In this document: positions 41,701-55,000 of the stretch, piece by piece | Layout: each line of letters begins with the position of its first letter | Numbering within the stretch: position 1 is the first letter of the stretch | NCBI GenBank assembly: GCA_051362555.1 | Contig: CM120641.1 | Span: 36,524,401 to 36,588,400 of the forward strand | Reading direction: 5' to 3' | Origin: Lingula anatina | Lineage: Eukaryota; Animalia; Brachiopoda | Length of the DNA stretch: 64,000 bases | Made by a program: the position numbers and the translations under genes | Notes under the pieces: generated by a model | Told to the model about the DNA's origin: nothing | Databases searched by the model: none | Seen by the model: only the letters and a program-made list of their open reading frames with translations

Positions 41701-44545
41701 GGTCTGATAAAAAATATGCATGTGTTGGTGTTTGTGTGGATGGGCACATGCATACATGCCTGTGGCTTTTTAAAGATAAGACATTTCTGTCATGGAAGAG
41801 TTCTGATGCAGTTACAAATTCTAAAATGACCACTTTGATATTTTTTGTTGTAGGAGATGATGTAATAAAGGATGAAGGTAAGAAAGGTGAAAAGGACACA
41901 GAGAAAAGTGGACAGCTTATAGAACCTCCTGTCAAGGGGGACAGCAAGGGGGACAAAGCTGATGTTAAAAAGAAAGAAGGGGAGAAGGAAAAGGCAGTGG
42001 CTGTTGAGAAAAAAGAGGGAGAAGGTTGGTGGTGGGCATATATGTTGTCTTTTGTCGCTTTTATGCTTTTTGGACATGGTTCACAGAGGTGAAATCTGTA
42101 CTTGCTCAAATCCTCATTTTCTTCTCTCTTAATATACATTTACAAGATATGATATTCAAACTATTATATGGCAGATTCTCCCCTCTGTAAAATTATGGTA
42201 AATAATGAATTTACGTGATCTTGATTTCAAATTTCCAAACATTTTAAAGCAGTTCTGTCTTGCAGTTTTTGGAGGAAAAGAGAACTGCCTGCAAAACTAC
42301 AACATCAGTGTGCATAAGAATTGCCTGAAATATGCAATGTATTTCAGATGCTCATCTGCATCTCCATTGTTTGGTTGTTTGCCTATTGTGAATGAAGTCT
42401 TTCAGTTATTTTGGACAGATTATGGTTTGCTATTATTGCATATAAAATCTCCCTGTTATGGGGCATTTTATATTTTGCACATTCATCTTCCCTTATTTTT
42501 AGGAAAACTTTATACAACAGTATAGGCCTGTTGTAAAAAAAGCTTTGTGGAGATTTATGCATTACCTTTGATTCGGGAAAGATATTTTGGGTTTAAATAT
42601 TTTTGCTCTTTTTTTGTTCAGTTGCCTCAACTTTGGCACAATTTCGGATCTTATGAGCATTTTCTTCTGCTTTTCCATCCACCTTTTGCAATATTATCCT
42701 GCATTCAGTTTTTAAAACATAATTGTTATATTCTCCCAGATGTTGATGACAAGCGTCAAGAACCTCCAATTCCCCATGAGCCTGATGACAAGGTGCCAGA
42801 AGAAAAGGAAACTGATAAAGAAGGAGAAAAAGATAAGAGTGTAAAAGAAGGGGAAAATGCAAAAGACACGAAAAAGGTATGTTATTAGGGAAAATGGTCA
42901 AAATTCGCTCCAGATTAGCTAGGTAGAAAGTTATGCATCAAAGATTTCTGTTTTGTCGAAAAAATTTTCTGCACTAGAAGACATTTTTCATACATTATTC
43001 ACTCATACACATTTTAGCAAGAAAAGGATGATGTTAAGGACGTCCCAAACACAACTCCTTCAATGAAAGCAAAAGTGAAAAACTCAGAGGACAAAGAAGT
43101 GGCTGAAGACAAAAAAGAATTGAAGAAAGAAGATAAAGCAAGCGCAAAGAGCTCAAACAAAACACAGGCATGTACATGTATCAGTACCTTTTCTTATGCT
43201 GATCATTTTAGATGAAAATATGAGATTGAGGGTGACATTTTTTTTACCAGATATGAATAAATATTAAAACAAACATGATACAAGTTCTTAAATATGTTTT
43301 AAGATATTTCCTTTATAGCAGTATTTTTTGTCATACAATGTTTAGAGGTTAACTTTTGGCTTTACTTTAAAGGACCATATTGAGGAGAAACAGGAAGCAT
43401 TGCTGAAGGAATTACAGAAACAGCAAGTGGAAGCAAAGCAACTGCTGCAGGAACAAAGAGAAATCATAGAAGAATTGAAAAAACACAAAGAAGATCACAA
43501 GGGAGAGGTGTGTTAAAAGGAAACTGATTGACATCAAAGCTAACTATTTTAGTGAGGGAATTTTCATTACTGACCAGTAATAGTAATAAAATAGCTGTTT
43601 AATGTGAAAATAAATGTCTCTATTAATTTTTAGGAAGGAAAGATAGCCAGTGACCAAAATCAGCAGCCAGTTCAACAACAACAGCAATTGCCAGGACAGC
43701 AGCCACTAGTTCAAGGCAACCAGTTGGGGGTACAACAGCCACAACAGGGCCTAGGACAGCAGCCTGCTCAACAACAGCAAGTTCCAGTACAGCAACAACA
43801 GCTACAGCAAGTTCAACAGCCAGTGCAATTGCAGCAAAGTGCACAGCTGAAACAGAATGTACAACAACAGGCAGTGCAGGAACAACAACAGCAACAACAA
43901 CAACCATTACAACAGCAACAAGGGCAACAAAACATACCAGTACAACAACAGCAACAGGTACAAGTGCCTCAGCAGGCAGCGCAACAGCAGCAGCCTGGAC
44001 AGCTACTGCAACAACAGGGACAACAACCAGTGCAGCAACAGCAGCAGGTACAACAGCAGCAAGGACAACAAAACATAAATGTACAACAACAACAACAACC
44101 TGTACAGCAGCAAATGGGGATAAATGGACAACAATATCAAAACCAAGCACCTGCTGTAAATCAGCAGCAACAACAGCCAGCTGCACAGCAACAAAATCAG
44201 CAACAGCAACAACAGGTTTTGCAACAGCAAAAACAGCAGCCCATAGTACAACAGGGACAGCAGTTCCAACAAGTCCCACAAAACCAGCTTGCTGGTCAAC
44301 AACAACAACAACAACAAGATGTACCAGCAGGCAATGTGCTGCAACAAAATTATGGGCAGAATAACAAACAACAGGGTCAGGTGCCTCAAGGTGTAAACCA
44401 GGGCCAAAATAATGTGCCTGGAAATGTGGCTGGACAAGGATTACCACAACAACAACAACAACAACAACAACAACAGCAGTTTCAAGGGAAACAGCAGAAT
44501 CTCAAGCAAAATGACTTAGTGCAACAAGTTATGAATGGGGGTTAA
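35794..44545 (+). CDS. SLC38A10: Putative sodium-coupled neutral amino acid transporter 10 (SNAT10)
   Basis: [77 protein letters not shown]. Exons 35794-35895, 36227-36344, 36586-36631, 36904-36997, 37424-37564, 37818-37939, [38120-38222 or 38655-38757], 39641-39823, 40039-40153, 40534-40655, 41293-41491, 41854-42024, 42740-42876, 43018-43167, 43373-43507, 43634-44545. Confidence 0.93.
38120..38222 (+). CDS. SLC38A10: SLC38A10 alternative exon 7A (103 nt)
   Basis: tttcAG acceptor, GTAAGT donor; [34 protein letters not shown]. Confidence 0.75.
38655..38757 (+). CDS. SLC38A10: SLC38A10 alternative exon 7B (103 nt)
   Basis: ttacAG acceptor, GTAAGT donor; [34 protein letters not shown]. Confidence 0.85.
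41541..41630 (+). repeat. 30-bp minisatellite x3 (intronic)
   Basis: aaatatagcacaaataacaagttcatgctt repeated three times. Confidence 0.9.
43661..44500 (+). repeat. CAA/CAG-rich low-complexity coding region (Gln-rich tail of SLC38A10)
   Basis: In frame with exon start 43634; roughly half the residues are Gln, interspersed with P, V, G, N. Confidence 0.9.
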
Positions 44546-46451
44546 GCCAGTTTTGCATCTGGTATGCGAGGAGTTCCATATTGATTGTTACCATTAAACT
44601 ATGAAGAATTTAAAAATGTTACTGTTTTTTTATATGGAAGGAAAATAGACAGCGTGGAAAGAATGCTCCTCAGGAGTTGAGTATGATGATTTGATCAGTT
44701 TCAGTGATATCAGTTTCACTACATGAATTGAAATGCTTTAAGGTTTCTTTATCTGTTGAGAGATGTCAGTTGTATCATTTCACTACGTTGGTCCAAGTTT
44801 GAGTGTATATATTTTGTGTTGGAATAGGATCAAGTCATTTATTTTTCAAAATGCCTGTGGTATCTTGAAATCAAACAATTCTCGTATTGTTCTGTTCAAC
44901 CTACAGGCTATCGCTCGACATACTTGGCGATCAAATATGAATATTGAAGCTTTTGATAGTAAGAAGTAATTGTTTGCAGTAGCATTAAATGTTGTAATAA
45001 GCGAACCCCATCTTTAATTCCAGATTCTAAAATAGTGAAGTAAGTTAATTGATCATGTGTGATTGATATAGATTGTACAGTACATGAATGGGCTAAACAA
45101 ATAAAATTTGTTTAGTTTTGTTTAAACGGAATTTGTTTAGTAAGGACAACTGTAGTGAATCCATTTTAATTTATAGCAGAGCATTCTGTTTTCAGCATAT
45201 TTAAAGACAAATTTAATCTGGAAGTAACTAGGGTTTTAAGGTAATTCATGTGGTTTGTAGTAAAACCCTCAGGAATGTGATAAATGTGAAGGAAATTAAG
45301 TGTAATTACTCAAAAATGTAAAAAAATACCAAAAAATGTTACGATATATATTCCTTGGCTTCAGTTCCTTCTTAAATGCATGTGCATTTTGCAATAGCAT
45401 ATACATGTTAGGTCAGACTTTGCACACAGGCATACGAGTAATAAGAGGTTTGTAGTATTTATGGTGGGAGATTTTATAATAAAAGGTGCTGTTACACAGA
45501 AGTTTACTTATTTAACTATACAAAAAATATAAATAAATAAACAAAAATTAAAAAAAAACTTTTATAATATATTTTATAAAAGCATTTAAAACAAAATGGT
45601 GACCCAGTCGTTTAACAAGATACCAACACAGTAAACCACTATAAACAATGGAAATGGTATATTGAAAGTAAATTTATACAGCAAATGTTATTGTAAAAAT
45701 GAATCATGCTTGATAATTTTTTTGTGCTTTTGATTTATGATTAGCACTTCGATTTCAGATTTTCTAATGTTGACTAATGTTAAAATCAGTAACCCAGAAG
45801 TCTCATGTTTTAAAAGAAGAACATAGCTTTGTGCCAGGAATACAAACCCATCAGGAAAACAACTGGTCATTTATGACAAATATGTAATTTTATAAATTAC
45901 AATTTTATTAAATATAGTAAACATTGGCACAGCATAAAATTAGAACACAACTAGCATTGAAATGCACAAAATATTTTCCTTATAAAGATGCCATTTATAT
46001 TTCATATAATCAGTTCAATTCAAATATATAGTTGACGTATGGAATGCTGCATTACTAAGTTGAAAAAATAATTGCTTATATTTATCTCTTTTTACATAGA
46101 ATATTTTTTACATATAATCAAATGCATTTTTCAATGGGCTTAAAATGTTGTCACATTTGCTGAGAAACAAGATTGCATTTGCCCTTAACATTCAACAAAC
46201 ATAAATATACTTATCAAAAACTGACTGATTATTTTGTATACAAATAGTATTTTAAATACTGATTGTTCATAGACTTGAAGTAATATTTCAGAAAAGATGT
46301 AAAAGCAGCACCAGACATTTACAAGGTTTGGTTTTGAAAAAAGCACCAGACATTGATGATCTAAATATATGTAAATTGTATTTTTAAATAAAATATGAAA
46401 TTACTGAGTAGTTAATCCATTTTACCACTTAAGAACCTATTTTGGTTGTTC

Positions 46452-48765
46452 TTAGGCTGGAAACATTCCTTTGCAATGTGAGAGAGAATGCTGTGGCCAG
46501 TCTCCCATGAAGCACAATCCCCAGAAGACCAGTGGTGCAAAGCTTAGAGTAGCTGTCAGTAGTAATAGAGCTCCCATATGACCACTCCCACTCTTGCTGC
46601 TTTAAATAATAGATCCAGAACAATTTGAAAGTACATTGTGCCCACAACACGACTTGGACTTTTCTACATTAAAACTAAAACATTAACATATTCTGCAAAA
46701 TGAACAAAAATGAATATCAAATGCAATTGAACTTGCCTTTTCTTTATCAATTCTTAGAGCACAACTTGGTGGAACTAAAAATAACTCCAAGATTAAAATT
46801 GTTTGAAAAGAAAATTTATATTCTCAATAAACTTGATTGCACATACCTTCCAATACCGGAAAATCTGAGAATTGCCAACCATGCCATGACCAGAATCAAA
46901 CCACCAAGTTCTCTGAAACAAGGATAATACTGTTATTTACATCAAAAGCCCTGACACTATATTCCAAACAAATCTTAAATTTTTAAAACTCAAACTAAAA
47001 AACAAAACTTTTTTCAATATGGATGCCTGTGCAACATTTTGTCATCTGATGTTTGGATTCTTCCCCAGCTTCTATCATAATAACTGCTACAAACTCTGAT
47101 TTTAAACAGTTAAAACTGTTTCTTTACCTTCCTTCCTCATGCTGAAGTGGATTGACTCTAGTGCTTAAAGTCATTTCTAATACAGTAACAGTTAAGTACA
47201 GTGTTCCAGCCAAACAAATGGCCATGTGTATCACACAAACGCTCCTCCATGCAGTGTTTTCTGAAATAGAAGATCTACCATAAACAAAATTCAACCCCAC
47301 ATGTTACACTTTTGTTAAGTGCCATTTTCAAACTTTCAGATTACCATTTTGATGAGCAATGAGTTAGCAGTAGAAAAATTGCAAATCTCATATAGATTTG
47401 GCTTTAATTGACCAAATATAAATAAATGTATCTATTGTGTTTGCCATTAATGTCTTTAATGATCTCCCTAGTACCTGGTGTGAACAAGCTATAAAAGTTT
47501 TCATTCTTATAATTTGTTAATACTAAGTCAATTTTACCATTCAATATGAAAGAACTTACCAACAAGAATAGGCTTGATAGCAATTGTAAGACACAGCAGT
47601 GTAGGAATGAAATAAATAGGCTAAAAGAAAAAATAACTACCTATGAAATCATGTTGTCAACAAAAACTATTTGATCATTTTATAAACTCTATATTCATGT
47701 TGTTTAATTTAATGTTGTCATTGAAGTTGTTAATTTTTTAGTTAAATTTTTATTCTGAAAAATTACAACTGAACTATGACAGTAAGATCAGAAATTCAAG
47801 TACTGTACATCAAAATCTGAAGAAACGATTTTGTAATGTGTACCACAAATGTACAAATACAATAATATTATAAATATGAACATCTACCATTTTGAAATAT
47901 TATCACACTGCTGCATTATTTACACATGACAAAAAATACTTACAATCCAAATGTATGGGTCAGGATCATTAATCTAAAATCAAAAAATAAAAAAAACTGA
48001 ACAAATATGTATCTGACAAGACTTCCAGAATTATGCAATATCACCTTATACAGGATTACTAAGTACCCAGTATATATCATTAATGCCCTGTCCTTAGTTC
48101 AGCAGAGACCATATCATATGACAGCACAGAGTACAAGGTACCTGACTTCTATTCTTTCATCAATTATGGAGCAAACATCACACCTACAGAGACCTAATAA
48201 GTACAATTATTATATAGTAAGATAAGCATTGTTTTGTGAGCTTGTGTGAAAGTTACAACTGGAATAGGACATATAACACCACTGCCCTTTAACAGTAGTG
48301 TAAGACCTTCCACACATTTCCTGCCAGTGTCAGCAGTGATACCTTCTACACAATGATTACAAGATTGAAAGTTTCAGAATTATTATACAGTGTAAGTAAG
48401 TTCAAACTTACACCCTGAAAATCTTATTAAGTAAAGATTGAACTTACTTACACTGTGTAATGATTAATACAAGCATTACATTCTACTCTTTTGTTCATCA
48501 TTTGTATGAATTTACTGCAAAACAGCTGAAATTTAGGTATGGAATGATGGATGATTACTTCAATTTAGTTGTTACTGGCACAATTGGTAGTATAGATACT
48601 ATGTTACATTAAAGATGATGCAAAAGAACAATGAATGTTTCTTACCTGCACATAGGCTGCCAAAGCAAAGAATACAGCAGCAACCACATTAATGGCCTGC
48701 CATGCCTTTTGCCACCCAGCACTACCTTCCATGGAACTCTCCTCTACATCCTGGGGTTTTGTCAT
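46452..48765 (-). CDS. TMEM220: Transmembrane protein 220, about 185 aa
   Basis: Exons 48765-48646, 47973-47944, 47620-47560, 47260-47128, 46912-46847, 46599-46452. WQAINVVAAVFFALAAYVQINDPDPYIWIPIYFIP and PLQHEEGRELGGL match the remembered TMEM220 signature; ends HCKGMFPA. Not in the ORF track because the exons are short. Confidence 0.88.
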
Positions 48766-48840
48766 TTTCTGCATAAAGAGCAGAAAAAAGATTAGTTGTA
48801 TATTAATTGTTAGGGTAGTAACACCCCAGTCACCTCCCTA

Positions 48841-50809
48841 CGGTGGCCCACAAGTGCACTCCAAATTCCAAACGACACTCCCAATTCTAAACCTCACACC
48901 GAATACTTAAACTTCACTCTCAATTCTTAAACCCCACTCCGAATTCGTAAACCCCACTCCGAATTCGCAAACCTCACTCCGAATTCATAAACCCCACTCC
49001 GAATTCGTAAACCTCACTCCGAATTGAAAAAGCTCACTCCGAATTCGCAAACCTCACTACGAATTCGTAAACCTCACTCCGAATTGAAAAAGCTCACTCC
49101 GAATTCGTAAACCTCACTCCGAATTCGTAAACCCCACTCCGAATTCGTAAACCTCACTCCGAATTGAAAAAGCTCACTCCGAATTCGTAAACCTCACTCC
49201 GAAATCATATTTTAACCCCGTTCACTGCCGTATAAAGTCGGAAGTAATATTCTAAGATGGGCTAGGGGATTTTACCAATAGAGGGCTTCGTGTGAAAACT
49301 AGTTATTTTTCATACTACTTGGTGCGCTGTATTCCCATTCACAAAATGATGACGTAGACGTATGACCCTTTTAAGCTCAAGGAAATAGAAGAAATGAAGA
49401 AAATAGGGATAAACATACATGTACTTAACAGCAAGTCACAATTAAAATATATTATGTTTACGTGTTTTCTTGTGTGTGTCGTTTTAAGGAATTATACATG
49501 TATTATGAATATGAGAACAGAATTACGAGTTGAAACAGCGTTGGAAGGAACAGATTTATGCACTACATGTATGTAAATAAACGTGCGTTATTTATTATTT
49601 AGGCTACAACTTCAAGCATTTTCACATGATTATTTTGAAATGAATGGTTAATACAGATAACATGTTTCAGGGTGTCGACATTGGCTTATATTATTTATAA
49701 ATGGGCAAAACAATCCGTATTATCATATACTGTAGGCCTACACATGTACCTGTTATATAACCGAGTATACTTGATAACAGTAATTAGTAGCCCCTCACTC
49801 TTTTGCAGCTGAAATATTCATCTAAGATCATAGATAATCTAATAATTGAAATTAATCAGATTAATTACACTTTATTAATCGATTTCGAATGAATAACATG
49901 CAGAGGTGGATGGGGGGGGGGGGGGGGAGGCGTGTGAGGGGGGTCTTGACCCCCCTTTTGAATTCTGTAAAAGAAAATCATACCAATGTTAAAATTAGAA
50001 TTTTAAATAATAGTTATAAAACGTACCAAATAGCACTGTTCGCCCTATAAGGGGGGGGGGGGGGGGCAGCTCTGCATGTGTAGCCTGTTATTCCAAAAAG
50101 AAAAAAAAAAACAGATCCCCCTTCAAATAATCCTGGATCCACCCCTGACATGTATGGATTATTAGTAGTATCAATCCTATGTTGAGAAAATTGGGAGCAG
50201 TGTCACTTAATTTGTCCTTTTATTTATAATGGTAAACCTGTAAATTGCTTCTTGCCCCCAATTTGTGTCCCTGGCGAGAGAGAGAGTGTGTGTATGTGTG
50301 TGTATGTAATTGTGAAAAATACTGAAAATATCTGGAGAAGTCAATTGACCTTGTGACGTAACATGACGTAACTGCTGTTTTATTTTCGTAAGGTATGTAC
50401 TAGTATCACGCAAACCAAAATGTAACACAATTCGCACTGTTTGCTAAAACTCTCTTGAAGCTTTCACTGGAAGCGCCCAGCTAAAAAAAAAATTATTTGT
50501 CCCAGACAAATTACTGTTTCATAAGATTTCTCGAAGAGAACTTTGATGAGAATGGGCATAGTGGAATTGGGAGTGAGCTTTTTGAATTCGGAGTGAGGTT
50601 TACGAATTCGGAGTGAGGTTTGCGAATTCGGAGTGAGCTTTTTCAATTCGGAGTGAGGTTTACGAATTCGGAGTGAGGTTTGCGAATTCGGAGTGGGGTT
50701 TACGAATTCGGAGTGAGGTTTAAGAATTGAGAGTGAAGTTTAAGTATTTGGTGTGAGGTTTAGAATTGGGAGTGTCATTTGGAATTTGGAGTGCACTTGG
50801 GAGCCACCG
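48841..50809. mobile_element. Foldback-type transposon with tandem-repeat TIRs
   Basis: Ends cggtggc..caagtgcactccaaattcc and its reverse complement; 20-bp unit GAATTCGTAAACCTCACTCC about 17x on the left (48861-49203) and about 11x inverted on the right (50563-50790); flanks cacctcccta / cacctcccga (10-bp TSD, one mismatch). Confidence 0.85.
49900..50147. mobile_element. MITE with CAGGGGCGGAT-type ends nested in the foldback element
   Basis: cagaggtggat ... ggatccacccctg with poly-G tracts; acatg on both flanks. Confidence 0.55.
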
Positions 50810-50918
50810 CACCTCCCGACTATTTCAAGATATATCATACACATACACACATATTAATTAAAAATAAATAAATTTCCCAAACTCAATGAGCACTCAAGTT
50901 CTTTCAATTTCTCTCAAG

Positions 50919-51646
50919 TAGGTAGATCACAATCCGCTAGGGGCGCTACAGTCGTAACTGTCCACGGGCAGTGAAGTGTTAAACTGAAGTCGGCCTGCTG
51001 ACAGTTCGCCTATGGAACCCCTTTTTTAAATCTCTCTTTTAGCGCTGCGTAAAAAAACTAATACAAGCCATTAACTAAATAAGTTGTAAATCAAAGAGTA
51101 AAATCCGGTCACATGATTTTCCCATGTTGCAGTCTTTGACAAGTTTCGGTTCTGCTTGTTTTAAGTTTTGCCTCTACAAAATGCTAAAAAATTTCAGGTA
51201 AGTGCTGGTATCATCTTTTTGAAATTTATATCCAGCAAAGTTTATGAAATTTGCTATATTATGTAGAAAAATCATGAAATTTGAAGGTTGCGAAGTATAG
51301 TTAATTTAATCCGCAATATTACATGATGTGAAAATTACCACAGGGAAATAGCTCTGCCCTGATTAGTCACAGGCTATGTGAGCCAGACAATAGGCTGAGC
51401 ACACAAAGACACACAGGGTGCTCTGCTGCGCCTGAGTGATCACTGCTGGTCAGTGGGCACAGGTTTTGAGCTGAGAAGTGTGGACACTTTTGGTGGATTT
51501 TTGCAGTTAAAAAACTTCAATATCTTTGTTGCTTGTAGGAATATTTAAAAAATTCCAAATGATTTCATCCGGTTTTTGCATTACCTTTCAGATGATATAA
51601 GTATTTTAATTTTCTGATCAGTTTGAAAATTTTTCTGATATACCTA
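50919..51646. mobile_element. Non-autonomous DNA transposon (short TIRs, 7-8-bp TSD)
   Basis: tctcaag-taggtagatca ... tgatataccta-tctcaag. Confidence 0.6.
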
Positions 51647-51794
51647 TCTCAAGTGAGTCTTGCCTCAGAGAATGAATACAACTTTCCCAAGAAATCTTAC
51701 AAAGGCGTAATTATTAATTATGATCTAGGATCTAATATCATATATTGCTAACAAGTTGAAGTGATAAACACATGTCAATGATGCATTAAAGAGA

Positions 51795-51900
51795 AATTAC
51801 CTACATTTCAAATACGTGCATTTCTGTCAGGAACTTAGGACCGGAAGTTACAGGAAATATGCTGGCTGTAAGTAAAAGAAGGATTTTTTGTACAGGGTCG
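51795..51900. promoter_or_regulatory. Probable bidirectional promoter of TMEM220 and the VWA-Cache gene
   Basis: CCGGAAGT at 51841; minus-strand donor ATGTAG|GTAATT at 51800 could end a non-coding first exon of TMEM220, whose ATG exon has an acceptor at 48769-48770; plus-strand ATG at 52089. Confidence 0.45.
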
Positions 51901-52088
51901 TAGAGCCTTTTCCTAAAATAATATTCGGATTTGATGCTTTGTTCAAGCTTTTTTGTTAACATAAAATTTCAATAACATTTTAGAATTGTGTTTTTCCATG
52001 TAGATGATTTTACATTTTGGTGAATTTTTGCAAAACTGTAAATATGCGCATCCAGAATTTCTAGGAAGCAGACGAATAACAACCAAGC

Positions 52089-55000
52089 ATGAAGATCAAT
52101 AGGACTGCTGTGTTTTTATGTGCAGTTGCACAATTTTTCATTTTATCAGCTGTTAAGAGCAGCGAAAGTGGAAGCACAGTTTTGCAGTACTGTTCATTTT
52201 TTAATAATAGAGCGCCGAAACCGCAACCCGATTTGAAAAATTGTACATGGTACAAGGAAAACAGTTGCTGCCTTCAGAGAGAAATTGATGCCACATTCGG
52301 CAAGGTTAAACCGCTTCAGGGAGCATCTAAAGACTGCTCTGATTATATTAACTATTTAATGTGCTATATATGTGCCCCAAATCAGAACTTATATTATAGG
52401 ATAGAGAGATTATATGTATGTGAAGGATTTTGTGACTCTCTGTACAGTGCTTGCAATTCTGCAATTTTGAAAGGATCAGTGATTAGAGACTTGTACTCAA
52501 ATGGAAAAGAATTTTGTGAAAGTAGACGATTCATTGTTAGAAATGCATCTGCAGAGAGTTGCTTTGATTTACATGAGTCACTTGTGAAAAGTGGAAGTAT
52601 ATGCCATAGTAATCCTAGCATAATTGTTGTCATCATAACTACATTTTGTGGCTTCCTTCTTACTCAGTTCATTAGTGTTGCCAATTCCAGTGAATCCCAT
52701 TTTCAATTTTTCAATCGTAGAAAGGCCAGTTGTGACAGACAAAGCAGTCTTGAAATTTCAAATAGCAGGGAGAAAGAAGAAACCTTTCTGTGTTTCAAAA
52801 CTCGCACAAAGAGTCTGTATTGTACACTGTCATTATTGTTGTTGTTTATATGTGGGATAAGTGCAAATGGTGCTGATGAGGCGAATTTTGCATCTAGAGC
52901 AGAACACTGGGCAGAGCTATTGTCTCAAGAGCTTCATAGTTTGGCTGACAAGGGACTGAAGGCAAATGATGCACAGAAACTTTATGATAATGCTGAGTAC
53001 CATACTAAGACCATAAATGGGACATCCATACTTCTGAAGTTGAAGAATAAGCTTGGTAGGTGTTTTCTATATTTATCATTTCTTGTGTGTTTTTACGAAT
53101 TCTAATAGGTATAATTTTTAGTTATAGATTTTGTTTTTAAGAAATTTTGATTTGAAAGTGATATTTTATTTGAGGATTTTGTAGTAATTAATACATATTT
53201 CAGTGGAGTGTGTTTTTTAATCAGGTAGAGGTATATTTGCTTTTTGAAGTTATTTTATATCATTCAGAATAAGAGACGTTTTAATAAGTTCACAATCTTT
53301 TCTCTCGCTTTTCAGAGTCTTTCTTTCAAAAGAAGAAGGAGCTAGCTGTTAAAATTGCTGAGAGAATAACGTTTCTGTATGATGACTGGGTGAATGATAA
53401 GAATAACACCATACCAAAGAGCCTCAAAGATTTGAGTTTTGAGGTGTTCAAAGATGCCGACAGTGACAAAGTTTTTCCAAGAGAGTTTGTTAAATACAGC
53501 AGGTGACCACTGAAATATATTAAAGTGCATTACAATGAAAAATTTTATTATGGATGTAAATCAGGGGCGGATTTAGGCCGTCTTCTGGGTCTTCCGGAAG
53601 ACGGTCAGATTTTCAAGTTTACATTGACGGGTATCTGTTTTTTTCTGTCGGAAGACGGTCAGAAATGGAGGATGGATCAACAAAGATAATTTGGAAGACT
53701 GTCAGAAAATATCTCTGGATCCGCCCCTGTGTAAATCACATATAATTTAAACCTAAGGCAATGACAGTTTTGTGTTAAAAAAATGAAAGAAGTATCAGTA
53801 TGGATAAATTAATGCCATTTTTTTGAGGAAATTAATAGTTTACATGCAACAATTTACATTCTTTGAGTTATTAAACATACATTGTATGTTTCATTTATTT
53901 TTATCTTAATTATTAATGTATTGATTAGTTTTTGATGAGATAAAATAATTTCCAGAGTATTCAAGGCAGAGGTGATGATGAACAGCAGTGTGGTCAAAAT
54001 ACCTGAAAAAGTAAACAGAAATAACCCAGAAGTAATTGGCACAGTTGCATGGTCTGCAGCCCTAGATAAGCTGTTTATTCAGAATGCCCAAGAAGACGAG
54101 GATATCAGGTTATCACACTTTTCTTAGCTGTGCATGTGTGACATGAAGTTTTTAAAGGAGATTGCTACTAAAGATTTCATGTATTTGCATCCATTACTTA
54201 GTATGTGTGAAGAACATTATTCTTAGAGTGATGTATTGTTATAACTTATAAATAAAAATTATTTACATATATCAGACTGTGTCCTATGAATATCATACTG
54301 AAATAGAGTTGTGACATTTAAACTAGGTTCAGTGAATAACCAATGGCCCAATAGCTGGAAGTTCATGAGAATATCTTTGTTAAAGTCCCATATGCCATTT
54401 TGACTGAGCTCTTTGAATGACAGCAGCATTGTGGATAGTATACCATAGAGAGTAGTTTGTTAAATGTATCCTGTATTTTCTAGGTGGCAGTATTTTGGGT
54501 CTAAGCTTGGAGTTCACAGATCATTCCCTGGAAAAGAAAGCAAACGTAACTTTATAGGTTTCCAACAGGACTATGATCCAAGAACAAGACCGTGGTATAT
54601 TGCTGCTACATCAGGGCCGAAACATATGGTCATCATTATGGATGTCAGTTCGTCAATGGAAGAAAATCATAGGTAGAATGAATTAGATTTTTGAACCATT
54701 TAATATAATGTAATAATTATACATTCATTCAATTTTCCGAACGTAAGTAAAAAAAATTTGATTAATTTAAACTTTTCATTACGACATACAGTTTAGTTGC
54801 CAGTATATTAAAAAAAGATAAAAAAGATATATCAAACGTGAAATGACATTTTTAACTTTATGTACCCAATAGAACCTAATATTTATCTTTGACAAGAAAA
54901 TGTTCGATAAACTGTCTTATATTATTTAAGGTTTTCTCGGATGAAGGCTACAACTAAAGCACTAATCAATTCAATGACAATGCAGGACAGGCTCAGCATT

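Noticed and set aside
43623-44447. 274-aa Val/Ala-rich and 144-aa Leu-rich minus-strand ORFs
   Set aside because: Antisense shadows of the CAA/CAG-rich exon.
48861-49203. Regular 20-bp repeats resembling a CRISPR array
   Set aside because: No unique spacers, eukaryotic context, and mirrored at 50563-50790 as a transposon TIR.
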